NCBI GenBank assembly: GCA_040772485.1 | Contig: JAXGYC010000007.1 | Span: 960,001-1,024,000 of the forward strand | Length of the DNA stretch: 64,000 nt | From: Sedimentisphaerales bacterium | GTDB taxonomy: Bacteria; Planctomycetota; Phycisphaerae; Sedimentisphaerales; Anaerobacaceae | Reading direction: 5' to 3' | Shown here: piece by piece, positions 9,660-18,753 of the stretch | How positions within the stretch are numbered: position 1 is the stretch's first letter | How the letters are laid out: every line of letters begins with the position of its first letter | The notes under the pieces: generated by a model | Seen by the model: the letters and a program-made list of their open reading frames with translations, nothing else | Database searches by the model: none | What the model was told of the DNA's origin: nothing | Program-made: the position numbers and the translations under genes

Positions 9660-10832
9660 CTAAAGCACGCGACGGGCGCGCAGCCACGCCATCGACACCA
9701 GTCCGATGGAGACAAGCATCAGGGTCCCGGAGACGGGGACTGTGCGAGGCCCGGCTGTCATGACATGATGAATCCACGTGTTGTCCATCACGCCGGTGAC
9801 CCACTCGCTGTTGCTGCCCCATGCGTAGATCGGAACGTGCGCGCCGGTGTGCCCCGCGCTCGTCCAGGCGACGTCTGGATACCGGCCGGCTCCGCCGTCG
9901 GCCAGAATGCTCAGTCCGCCCGTCTCGTGGTCGGCCGTTACGAGGATCAGTGTGTCCAGTAGCACCGAGCTGTGAATCCAATCCACTGCCGTCCGGACGG
10001 CTCGCGAGAACTCCAGCGTCTCACCGATGGTCCTTTCGAGATCATGGGCATGGGCGGCATGGTCGATACGCCCGCCTTCGACCATGAGGAAAAACCCCTG
10101 GGGATCGTTGTCCAGAAGGCTCAGGGCGACCGCCGTCATCTCCGACAGATGCGGCTCCGTCGCCGCCGGGCCCCGGTCGAATTCGTACGTCATGTGGCCG
10201 GCGGCAAACTGACCTGAGACGAAGTCGGCACCGTCCGTGTCCAGGGCCTGGAGCTGCGCCGCATCCTTGACGACGCCGTAACCTGCGGCGCCGGCGTCTG
10301 ACTCAGAGAGATACAGACTGCCGCCGAACAGAACGTTCGGTCGGGTCTGCCCCAAGTAGTCCTGGGCGATCTGGCCATAGTTTCCCCGGGATGGCTCGTG
10401 CGCCGCGAACGCCGCCGGCGTGGCATGACTGATGTACGTGGTCGTCACCAGGCCGGTGGCCTTTCCTGCGGCAGCGGCCTGTTCGAGAACCGTCTGTAGC
10501 TGGCGCCCATCGCCCGGGTGGGCGACACTGATGACGCCGTTGTCGACCTTGTAGCCGGTCGCCATCGCCGTCGCCGCGGCGGCCGAATCCGTTATCGTCG
10601 AGTCGGCCGAGGACGTGGTGACCTGAGCCTGATGAGGGAAGGCCTCAAATGACAGCGTACCGGATGCCCCGTTGGCATAGAGGCCCGCTGCCGCAATCTG
10701 GCCGTAGCCCATCCCATCGCCGATGAACACGATGACGTTGGTGGGCATGGCACTGCCGAGCCGCGCGCACAGCAGGCCCACAGCAAGGACCCATCCAGCG
10801 AGACATGGAAGACGTGGTTCATCCTTGAGCAT
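9660..10832 (-). CDS. alkaline phosphatase (PhoA family) with PEP-CTERM-like tail
   Basis: NVIVFIGDGMG, TDSAAAATAMATG, HATPAAF, EGGRIDHAAH, TADHETGG; C-terminal VPVSG + TM helix + RARR. Confidence 0.92.
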   Translation of the reverse strand: MLKDEPRLPCLAGWVLAVGLLCARLGSAMPTNVIVFIGDGMGYGQIAAAGLYANGASGTLSFEAFPHQAQVTTSSADSTITDSAAAATAMATGYKVDNGVISVAHPGDGRQLQTVLEQAAAAGKATGLVTTTYISHATPAAFAAHEPSRGNYGQIAQDYLGQTRPNVLFGGSLYLSESDAGAAGYGVVKDAAQLQALDTDGADFVSGQFAAGHMTYEFDRGPAATEPHLSEMTAVALSLLDNDPQGFFLMVEGGRIDHAAHAHDLERTIGETLEFSRAVRTAVDWIHSSVLLDTLILVTADHETGGLSILADGGAGRYPDVAWTSAGHTGAHVPIYAWGSNSEWVTGVMDNTWIHHVMTAGPRTVPVSGTLMLVSIGLVSMAWLRARRVL

Positions 10833-10862
10833 TTTCACCCCCTGTGATGCCGGTGTTGGCAC

Positions 10863-10936
<74 letters not shown>

Positions 10937-11184
10937 ACTATGTCTTAACCAGTGGCACTATAGCGTCTTGCGAGCGGAACTGTCAAGGCCCTGCGGGAAA
11001 AATCACAGAAAACACCGCCGCCGGGCGTCAGCGGCATTCGGTCCCCTCTCGCCGGCGTGCGGCCCGGTACCAGTCGATTGTCACCAGGAGACCGACATCC
11101 AACTGACCGGCTCCGGGTCGTCATATTGCTCGGTCGCCAGCAAGATGCCCGCAGACGCATCGGCGACATGGAGGAATTCGCGCT

Positions 11185-11520
11185 ATGCCCGGCCCGTATA
11201 GATTCACCGGCAACAAGAAGATCGAATGGAAGCCACGCTACTGGCGATACGCCTGTGACGGCGCCAGCAGCATCTTCTTCGCCCGGCCGCACGGCGCGTC
11301 GGTCTCCGTCAACTCCATCGCTTCCCTCGCGCCGCACCCGCACCATGTTCGCACCAACATCCGGTGTCTCGACCACCGGCAGGCTGGCGCGCCCGGCCCG
11401 TTCCGTCAACTGCCGCGAGCCGGCCGCGCCCAATTCACACAACACTCGTTTGGGGACGTCGGGAAAACCGTCCTCCAATCGCAAGAACGCAAGTCCTTCT
11501 TCCACAACGGCTTGCATTAG
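11185..11520 (+). CDS. possible small hypothetical protein (111 aa)
   Basis: GGAGG about 10 nt upstream, GC3-rich codons in the first half; no recognised motif. Confidence 0.25.
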   Translation: MPGPYRFTGNKKIEWKPRYWRYACDGASSIFFARPHGASVSVNSIASLAPHPHHVRTNIRCLDHRQAGAPGPFRQLPRAGRAQFTQHSFGDVGKTVLQSQERKSFFHNGLH

Positions 11521-11624
11521 GTCCGAAAAAATTATGCAGGATTCGCCAAAATCGCGTTACGCACAATGCCCAATGCGGCACTAATGGGTGAACACAACGG
11601 AAAACACAATGCCGGTCGGAATAA

Positions 11625-11876
11625 GGAGGTGGCAGAAATGGCAGTCGGCAGAAGGCAGGAAATCGACTCTTCGACAAGCGGTTTCGGCGGCACGAACGTT
11701 GCTGTCCGAGGTCGAGGTCGGCTTTCCGTTCGCCCTGCTCCCATTGGACCCAGAAAGGCTCTCACGGCCTCTAACTTTAACCCAGGTGAACTCAGGTCAG
11801 GTCGGAAGCTAAAAACCACATCATACCCGCTATCGCTTCTCTTACGGTAGCAGCTCTCTATCACCTGCCTCCACCA
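11625..11876 (+). other. fold-back structured element, or SD-led 70-aa ORF (11638-11850)
   Basis: GGAGGTGG (11625) is complementary to CTGCCTCC (11865-11872), followed by ACCA; internal helices; see findings. Confidence 0.35.
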
Positions 11877-11879
11877 ATC

Positions 11880-11907
11880 AAGCCCCGTCTCGCACGGGAC
11901 GGGGCTT
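11880..11907 (+). terminator. GC-rich hairpin, probable terminator
   Basis: AAGCCCCGTCTCG-CA-CGGGACGGGGCTT. Confidence 0.55.
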
Positions 11908-12049
11908 GGTTCCGGTGGGTCGGCCCTTCGGCTCTCGCATCGCACATCCTGTTCACGTCATGTTCGCCGCTTTTCTGATTGCCTGCCTGCGAACACACCT
12001 TACAATACCCGTCATGTGTCGGTTTGGTGTTCTGGTGAAAGGAATGGAC

Positions 12050-12706
12050 ATGAGATCGCTGACCCTGGGTGTTCTGGCTGTTACGTCGATGATGCTGTGC
12101 GGCTGCGGCGGAGTCTACTACAACACGATGGAGAAGCTCGGCTACGCCAAGCGAGACATGCTGGTCGATCGGGTTCAGGAAGCGAGGGACGCACAGGAAG
12201 AGGCCAAACAGCAGTTCCAGTCCGCCCTGGAGCAATTCACCGCCGTGACCAACTTTCAGGGTGGCGATCTTGAGAAAATGTACAACAAGCTCAAGGGCGA
12301 GTTGGATCGCAGCGAATCCAAGGCACAGGCGGTCACCAAACGGATCAACGACGTCGAGAGCGTCGGCGAGGCCCTGTTCAAGGAGTGGGAATCAGAGCTC
12401 GATCAGTATTCCAGCCCCGACCTGCGGCGTCTGAGTGAGGACAAACTCCGCCAGACGCGACTGCGTTACGCGCGGGTGGTGGCGGCCATGCGCAGCGCCG
12501 AGATGAAGATTGACCCGGTCCTCACCGCTTTCCGCGATCAGGTTCTGTTTCTCAAACACAACCTCAACGCCCAGGCGCTGGCTTCCCTCCAGAACGAACT
12601 GGTCTCCATCGAGACGAACGTCGCCGGCCTCGTCCGGGAGATGGAGGCATCGATCGCCGAGGCCAACGCCTTTATCGAGGCGATGAACCGCGACGAGAAG
12701 AAGTAG
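12050..12706 (+). CDS. DUF2959 family lipoprotein
   Basis: Lipobox LCGC; YYNTMEKLGYAKRDMLVDRV and FRDQVLFLKHNLNAQA signatures; GAAAGGA SD. Confidence 0.85.
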   Translation: MRSLTLGVLAVTSMMLCGCGGVYYNTMEKLGYAKRDMLVDRVQEARDAQEEAKQQFQSALEQFTAVTNFQGGDLEKMYNKLKGELDRSESKAQAVTKRINDVESVGEALFKEWESELDQYSSPDLRRLSEDKLRQTRLRYARVVAAMRSAEMKIDPVLTAFRDQVLFLKHNLNAQALASLQNELVSIETNVAGLVREMEASIAEANAFIEAMNRDEKK

Positions 12707-12761
12707 CCCCGCGCCTCCGATCACGGTTCGTACGGCGTTGTTGCCACACGGCGGGTCCGGC

Positions 12762-13892
12762 TCAGTTCACCGTCTGCGTCTCGACCTCGATCTCGATGGT
12801 GATCTGCGGTGGGATTTCCAGGCAGACCGCCAGGCCCTGCCCCGGCGCCGCCAGGAAGTTGTCGACCACGTACTCAAACCGATGCGCCGTCTCCGAAGAA
12901 GGCACTTTTGCCTGGATCAGACGGACCGCATGGGGCGGAACCGTCACGGATTTCGGTCCGAACCTGCCGGTTCGCTCCATCTCGAGAGGAACATCCGCGT
13001 CGTTCCGCAGCGCAAAACGCACGTTGCCGTCCTGGGTGTAATCGATATCGGTGACATCCGTGGCCGCGTCGAAGATCGCCCGGAGATACTCCGGCCTGCC
13101 AATCAGTTGGTTCTGATACCAGACCGTGGTCCGTCCGGCCATCAGGGCCTCCTTCAGTGCCGGCAGCGTCTTTTCCCGAGCGAACACCAGCGTCATTGAG
13201 CGATGCCTGTCCGGCGTCGATTTCTCGATCATCGAGGGCGAATGGATGTCGGTGTTCCCCATGAACGTCAGGTTCTTGTCGAGCGCCCATCGGTGTACAT
13301 CGGGGTAATAGTCGTCGCCGTTGACGACCTCGATTCCCCGCATGTACTTCTTCTCATAGAGCATCGTATGGATGTCGAACCAGCCCTTCTTGTCGGGAAT
13401 CCAGTCCGGGTGGTTCCACCAGATGAACGCCCCCTGCTTGTCGGCGGCGGCCATGCAGTCCAGCAACTCCTTCGTGTCGAGCGGAACGACATCGTCCAGG
13501 AAGATGGCATTGAAGTGTCCGGGTGGCGTGTCTCGCGTGATCTCCGTCCCGCGAATCAACAGGATCCCGAGCGATTTGGCGCGGGGCAGCGCAATTTCGT
13601 ACGGCCGGTTGTGGTTCGTCGGAACTTCCTGCCTGTGTGGCTGGTACTCGATATGGTCCGTGATCGAAATCACGTCCAGACCCTCTCGCCAGGCCTCGTC
13701 GACGCGAACCGTGGGCCAGACCGCCCCGTCCGAGAAGACCGTATGCGTGTGCAGGTCGCATTTCAGCGTCCTGTACCCCATGATGTCCGGGAATCGAATC
13801 TCCTGCCGGGTCTGGGCCAACAGCGCCGGCGTCGCCAGCACAATCACGAGCATGCCCATTCGAATCAGCCTGGATCGCGAAACGTATCTCAT
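12762..13892 (-). CDS. PHP-domain metallophosphoesterase (secreted)
   Basis: CDLHTHTVFSDG, ISITDHIE, GHFNA, NHP, GNTDIH metal ligands; signal peptide. Confidence 0.88.
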   Translation of the reverse strand: MRYVSRSRLIRMGMLVIVLATPALLAQTRQEIRFPDIMGYRTLKCDLHTHTVFSDGAVWPTVRVDEAWREGLDVISITDHIEYQPHRQEVPTNHNRPYEIALPRAKSLGILLIRGTEITRDTPPGHFNAIFLDDVVPLDTKELLDCMAAADKQGAFIWWNHPDWIPDKKGWFDIHTMLYEKKYMRGIEVVNGDDYYPDVHRWALDKNLTFMGNTDIHSPSMIEKSTPDRHRSMTLVFAREKTLPALKEALMAGRTTVWYQNQLIGRPEYLRAIFDAATDVTDIDYTQDGNVRFALRNDADVPLEMERTGRFGPKSVTVPPHAVRLIQAKVPSSETAHRFEYVVDNFLAAPGQGLAVCLEIPPQITIEIEVETQTVN

Positions 13893-14152
13893 CGAATACC
13901 CCTTTCCTTTCATGTGCACATAACGTGAAAACCCGTCACTCGTTGCGGACCTCCATGGTACTGTAGCATAGCACTCCGACGGGCCCTTCGCAACCGTGGT
14001 CCGCCGCCACATTCTGCTGTTTCGCGTCTTGACCGGCCGTTGGAATCCCGCTATTGTCATATTTGCGGCTCGTGACGGCGAAGTGGGCGTCCGTCACTGG
14101 GTGGAATGGGAAGGGCTGTCTGCCGCAAGGTCTTCTGGGAGGCGGTGGGATC

Positions 14153-14680
14153 ATGGATGAGACCGACTCGCTGTTTGTCACCATCGACAAGGTCATCAGG
14201 CTGTCTCGACTCAAAGAGCTCGAGTTCATCATGAGCAGCGACCAGACCGAGCGGGTCCGCGAGATCCGTGCGGCTCTGCGACGTCTGGAGCCGGGGGCGT
14301 ATCTCATCGGAACCGGGCCATCCACTGTCGGCATCATCACCCTGGACGACCAGGAGATTGTATTGGGCCGGCCTCCAACCGTTCTCGAACCGCCATCCGC
14401 GTCCGCGCCCGACTACTGGGCCACCGACACGCTGTATTTCGTCCCCCGAGAGGTCTCGCGCAAACACGCCCGGATAGCATTGCGGGCCGTCAACGGCGGC
14501 TCCTGCCACGTCCTGCTCGACCTGCACAGCACATGCGGCACCTTTGTCAACGACCGCCAGGTGGACCCCAACGGCACGGGGATCATCCTGAAACACGGCG
14601 ATGTCATCAGCCTCGGCCCTTCGCGTACCAGCACGTACGTCTATTACGAGGCAACGTCAACGGACCTCGACGTGCCATAA
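14153..14680 (+). CDS. FHA domain protein
   Basis: IVLGR, VSRKHARI, DLHSTCGTFVN, LKHGDVISLG. Confidence 0.85.
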   Translation: MDETDSLFVTIDKVIRLSRLKELEFIMSSDQTERVREIRAALRRLEPGAYLIGTGPSTVGIITLDDQEIVLGRPPTVLEPPSASAPDYWATDTLYFVPREVSRKHARIALRAVNGGSCHVLLDLHSTCGTFVNDRQVDPNGTGIILKHGDVISLGPSRTSTYVYYEATSTDLDVP

Positions 14681-14685
14681 GCGGC

Positions 14686-15753
14686 TCACGCACGTTCGTT
14701 CATCTTCTCACGCCACCGACGCTGCACGACGTCTGCGTCTGCGATGTGTTCCTCGTGCGTTCGCAGATCGAACTCCTTGAGTATGTCCGCCACCCGGACA
14801 TCGGGGGAAAGACTCTCGAGGATCGTCCATTCCTCCTCGTGAAACGTGCGGATGGAGACCTTGCGGCCGTACTTGGCCTGGATCTCCGCAAACCGCCGGC
14901 AGAACGGCCACGAGTGCAGAAACGCCTTCTCCAGATTCACCGGCGCGCAAACCCAGTCGGCGTACTGTCCTGTGCCGGCGATGGTCCGACCGTCGATATC
15001 GCAGATCTTGGTCGTGCCTTTCCATGTGCTCGACACGACGCAGAACTTGTTCTCCCACGCCTTCGTGTTGACCATCGAGCCGCCCCCGAAGGCCGAGGGC
15101 CAGAACACCAGCTCGGCGCCTGCTTCCCGCAGCTTTCGCCATCCGTCAGACCACTCGATGTCGAAACAGATCTGCGCGCCGAGCGCGCCGATATCCGTCT
15201 TGAACACGGGCGGCTGGGCCGCACCCGGCGCAATGCCGCTGTCCATCTCGCCTACCGTAGGGTGCATCTTCCGGTACTGGCCCACGTACTGCCCGTGGCG
15301 ATCGATGAAGACCGCCGCGTTGTAATACCGATCGTCCGCGACCGTGTGAATCGGGCAGACGACGTGGCACTTGTGCTTCTCGGCGAACTGGGCGAACGGA
15401 CGCGAGAACGGTCCGATCGGCTCCTCCGAGGATTCCGCCAGGGACGGCTCCGGGCCGGTGAGATTGGCAAAGGGAAACACCTCCGGCAGGCAGACGATGT
15501 CGGGCTCGAACGGCGCCACCTCCTCCATCCGGGCCAGCACCTTCTTCGTCATCTCCTTCGGGTTTTCCGCCCGCAGCCCGTTGAGCGAGAGGCTCGCGAT
15601 CCAAACCTCGCGCGGCAGGCGCTGCGCTTTGGGCGTGCCTCCCATCGGTCCCGATGCTGCCTGCACACGACCGGCCGCCAATCCCAAGCCCAGACCGACC
15701 GATGCCGTCTCGATGAAACGCCTCCGTGTCAAACCTCCTGTATCCTTGCCCAT
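14686..15753 (-). CDS. Tat-exported carbon-nitrogen hydrolase (nitrilase superfamily)
   Basis: TRRRF Tat motif; catalytic triad motifs LPEVF, YRKMH, QICFD. Confidence 0.9.
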   Translation of the reverse strand: MGKDTGGLTRRRFIETASVGLGLGLAAGRVQAASGPMGGTPKAQRLPREVWIASLSLNGLRAENPKEMTKKVLARMEEVAPFEPDIVCLPEVFPFANLTGPEPSLAESSEEPIGPFSRPFAQFAEKHKCHVVCPIHTVADDRYYNAAVFIDRHGQYVGQYRKMHPTVGEMDSGIAPGAAQPPVFKTDIGALGAQICFDIEWSDGWRKLREAGAELVFWPSAFGGGSMVNTKAWENKFCVVSSTWKGTTKICDIDGRTIAGTGQYADWVCAPVNLEKAFLHSWPFCRRFAEIQAKYGRKVSIRTFHEEEWTILESLSPDVRVADILKEFDLRTHEEHIADADVVQRRWREKMNERA

Positions 15754-15766
15754 TGCCGCTCTCCTT

Positions 15767-17506
15767 CTATCGCAGAAAACCCGGAAGGTACTCGTCGGTG
15801 CCGCCAGCCTCGTCAATCCGACCCTGGTGTTCCGGTCGCAAGCCCTCACGCCCCTCGCGCAAGGCCCGGTAGGAGCCGCTGACGATGCGGTCTTCTTTGC
15901 CTGCGCCCGCGAAGACGCGGATGGCGCTGCGTTGCAGCAACCTCCTGCTCTTGACGTTGATGCCTCGGCAGCGCATCTGGCAGAGGCCGCACCCAACGCA
16001 TCGATCCTGCCGCACTACCGGAGCGAGGTACCCACTGTCTTCGAGAGGCTCGCCCATCTCATCTACCCGGCCGCCAACGCGGACAAACTCGATCGCATTG
16101 TACCCGGCCATACGGCATTCATCCACGCACAGTTGGCATGCTTCTCGACCGGCGTGTGGCAGGCATGTGATCCGATCCACCTCGGCCAGCCCGATCCGCG
16201 CCACCCGCTTTTCCTCGATGTCCAGAGCCCTTACGGCTCCGGTCGGACAGACTTGTCCGCAGTTGTTGCAGCTCGGTTCGCAGCCCGACCAGTCCGGCAC
16301 GACTTGGGGCGTCCACAGACCGTTGAATCCGTATTCGAGTCCGGCCGGCTGGAGCACGTTGTTGGGACAGACTTTGATGCACTGGCCACAGCGGACGCAG
16401 AGCTGGAGGAATTTGTCCTCGGGCACGCTGCCCGGCGGACGAATTGGAGCCTCGGCGCTCGTGCAAGCTCCTCCGGCCGCCAAAGATGCGCCCAGGCCCG
16501 CCACGACAGCACCGCCGAGTCCAGCAAGGACGTTTCGGCGAGAACGAATCGTCTGATCCTCAACTCGATCCACGTTCACGCCGACGTTCTCGCGCTTCCA
16601 TCGCCACGTGAACTCAATCGCCCCTGTGGGACAAACGCCGGCACACGTCCGACAGGACGTGCAGCTCAGTGGGCGGGTGGAGAAATCATCATTGACCGCC
16701 GCGAAGGAGCAGACCTTGACGCAGCGTCCGCACTCCACACACGCACGGGTCACCCTGCGTTCGGTCAACCGCAGGAGAGCACACACAGAAAGGAGCGCCC
16801 CCGTCGGACACAGGTGGTTGCACCAGAACCGCCGACGCAGAAGCCCCAGGCAGAACACCAGCATCAGCAGGGCAATCGAAATCACGTGGCCGACATTGGC
16901 CGGCGGGACAAGGTACCAGCCTTTCGCCAGCCCCATCTGAAAGGGAGCCGCAACAAAGAGCATCGCCCGGGTCAGGACGGGAATCGCCGCAACAAAGCCC
17001 GACAACAGCACGCCAGACCCGGCAGCGATCAGCACAACGGCCAACAGGTAGTACCTCACGCCGCTCCACCACCCCCGTTGCCCGAAAGCAGACGGCCTGC
17101 CCGCCTTGCCGAGGAGCCAATCGAAGACATCGATCAGGGTTCCCAGCGGGCAGACGTATCCGCAGAAAGCCCGAGGCAGCAGCACACCGACAAGAATCAC
17201 ACCGGCCGCGACCGCCAGGGACCACACGAACATTCTCGCGGCGACAGCCGCCGAGACGCTGACCAGAGGATCGAGAATCAGGAACAGCTCGCCGTTCACG
17301 ATCTCCCTGGCGGCGAACGTCTTGGCGTACTCTCGGGTCCCATACGGCCAGCATACCCAGAAGAACAGGGCCATGAAGATGAACAGACAGACGCTCTGCA
17401 CCAGTCGGCGCTCGGGCGACGCCGACCACGTCGGCCCCAGCCTTCCGAGAGCCCGCGCCAGGTACCCGCGCAAACCCCTGTGCGTCCGAAGAAAATCTCT
17501 GTGCAT
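15767..17506 (-). CDS. membrane polyferredoxin (NapH/MauN-like fused to NapG/MauM-like)
   Basis: TM helices, RAFCGYVCPLG, RFWCNHLCPTG, multiple CxxCxxCxxxCP, IRPPGS...CVRCGQC. Confidence 0.88.
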   Translation of the reverse strand: MHRDFLRTHRGLRGYLARALGRLGPTWSASPERRLVQSVCLFIFMALFFWVCWPYGTREYAKTFAAREIVNGELFLILDPLVSVSAAVAARMFVWSLAVAAGVILVGVLLPRAFCGYVCPLGTLIDVFDWLLGKAGRPSAFGQRGWWSGVRYYLLAVVLIAAGSGVLLSGFVAAIPVLTRAMLFVAAPFQMGLAKGWYLVPPANVGHVISIALLMLVFCLGLLRRRFWCNHLCPTGALLSVCALLRLTERRVTRACVECGRCVKVCSFAAVNDDFSTRPLSCTSCRTCAGVCPTGAIEFTWRWKRENVGVNVDRVEDQTIRSRRNVLAGLGGAVVAGLGASLAAGGACTSAEAPIRPPGSVPEDKFLQLCVRCGQCIKVCPNNVLQPAGLEYGFNGLWTPQVVPDWSGCEPSCNNCGQVCPTGAVRALDIEEKRVARIGLAEVDRITCLPHAGREACQLCVDECRMAGYNAIEFVRVGGRVDEMGEPLEDSGYLAPVVRQDRCVGCGLCQMRCRGINVKSRRLLQRSAIRVFAGAGKEDRIVSGSYRALREGREGLRPEHQGRIDEAGGTDEYLPGFLR

Positions 17507-17517
17507 CCGTCGCCCCG

Positions 17518-18690
17518 CTACCGCCCCGCCGTCCTCATGCCGCCGGCGAGCGCCTTGGCCGTGGCATTGATGACAGCCTCCGAGGTCATCGTCGCGCCCG
17601 TGACGGCATCGACGCCTCTGACACCCTGTTTGGCGATGATCTGATTCGGCGTGTCGGTCAGAGCCGAGTAGAACTGCTTCTCCTGGTGGCTCGTGACGCG
17701 AACCGACTGAATTCGGCCGCCCTTGACCGTCACTTCCACGTACAAAGGCCCGGCGTAGGCGATGCTGCTGGCGGTATACGTGCCGTCGGCGACGCGCGCC
17801 ACGTCCAGAGCATCGAACAGCCGAATCGCCTCGATGCTGGCCAGCGCCCGTTCCTTCCCCTTGGCGACGTCGCCTTCGCGACCCTGGGCGTCTCTTCCGT
17901 CGTACGACCTGCGGTAGTACGCCAGCGCCTCCTCGTAACGGCCGGCCAGGCGACAGGCGTCACCGGCCGCCAGGTACGCGACCGTGGGCATGCCGGCGAC
18001 CGCCTTCTGCTGCGCGAGTTTCAGAGCCTTGTCGATCTGCCCCATGTCGGCCCACAGCTTGATCAGAGCGCCGTGGCGCGTATAGTCCTGTGAGACTTGG
18101 GACAGCGCCTCAACGGTCATCTCCCGACAACCCAGCTTCCAGTAGCAGTGCGCCAGGTCAATCGGATCGACGTACTGGCCGTACTTGGCGCTGATCCGCC
18201 ACCAGAACACCGCCCGGGCCCAGTCCTCCAACAGATCATGGAACATCCGGCCGAGCGTTTCCGTCGAGCGCGCCAACTTGGCCCGGTCGTCCTTGTGGCG
18301 GATCATCAGGTGGTTCACCAATTTGATCCCCTCCTTCCAGCGACCAGGATTCGGGTTGATCACATCCCAGATGTACTGCCCCACGTTCTTGTTCGCATCC
18401 CAAGGACCCTCGGCCTTCAAGGGCCAGTCCAGGTCCAGCGTCGGTGGGTACGTCAGCTCAACCGAGTCCCACCAGTCCGGCGCTTCGCTGCCGACCTTCT
18501 GGATCAGGGCCTCGACCTCGGCACGCGTCCGAGTCATTGTCTTGCTGGGAGTCGCATCCTGCGCCGGACAGATGCCGGCAAGCGAAAGGGCCGCAAGGAG
18601 CAGCATCGCAGGAGATATTCCCCACCTCCTGCGCCTCCGTCTGCATGACTGGACCACACCGCCGCAAACACCGTCACTTTGCTGCTTCAT
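17518..18690 (-). CDS. secreted TPR-like + FMN-binding domain protein
   Basis: C-terminal DGTYTASS..VEVTVKGGRI..VDAVTGATMTS flavinylation motif; helical repeats; signal peptide. Confidence 0.82.
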   Translation of the reverse strand: MKQQSDGVCGGVVQSCRRRRRRWGISPAMLLLAALSLAGICPAQDATPSKTMTRTRAEVEALIQKVGSEAPDWWDSVELTYPPTLDLDWPLKAEGPWDANKNVGQYIWDVINPNPGRWKEGIKLVNHLMIRHKDDRAKLARSTETLGRMFHDLLEDWARAVFWWRISAKYGQYVDPIDLAHCYWKLGCREMTVEALSQVSQDYTRHGALIKLWADMGQIDKALKLAQQKAVAGMPTVAYLAAGDACRLAGRYEEALAYYRRSYDGRDAQGREGDVAKGKERALASIEAIRLFDALDVARVADGTYTASSIAYAGPLYVEVTVKGGRIQSVRVTSHQEKQFYSALTDTPNQIIAKQGVRGVDAVTGATMTSEAVINATAKALAGGMRTAGR

Positions 18691-18753
18691 TCGTCTGCAT
18701 CCCTGTCCTGCCTCGATGATGGGCTGGCTGCCCTGTCACACCATGTCAGGCTA

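Noticed and set aside
11860..11876. tmRNA, or a tRNA/tmRNA att-site remnant (CCTCCACCA)
   Set aside because: No T-arm (GTTCRA), no GGGG 5' end or tag frame, and no integrase. Kept only as part of the structured-element finding.
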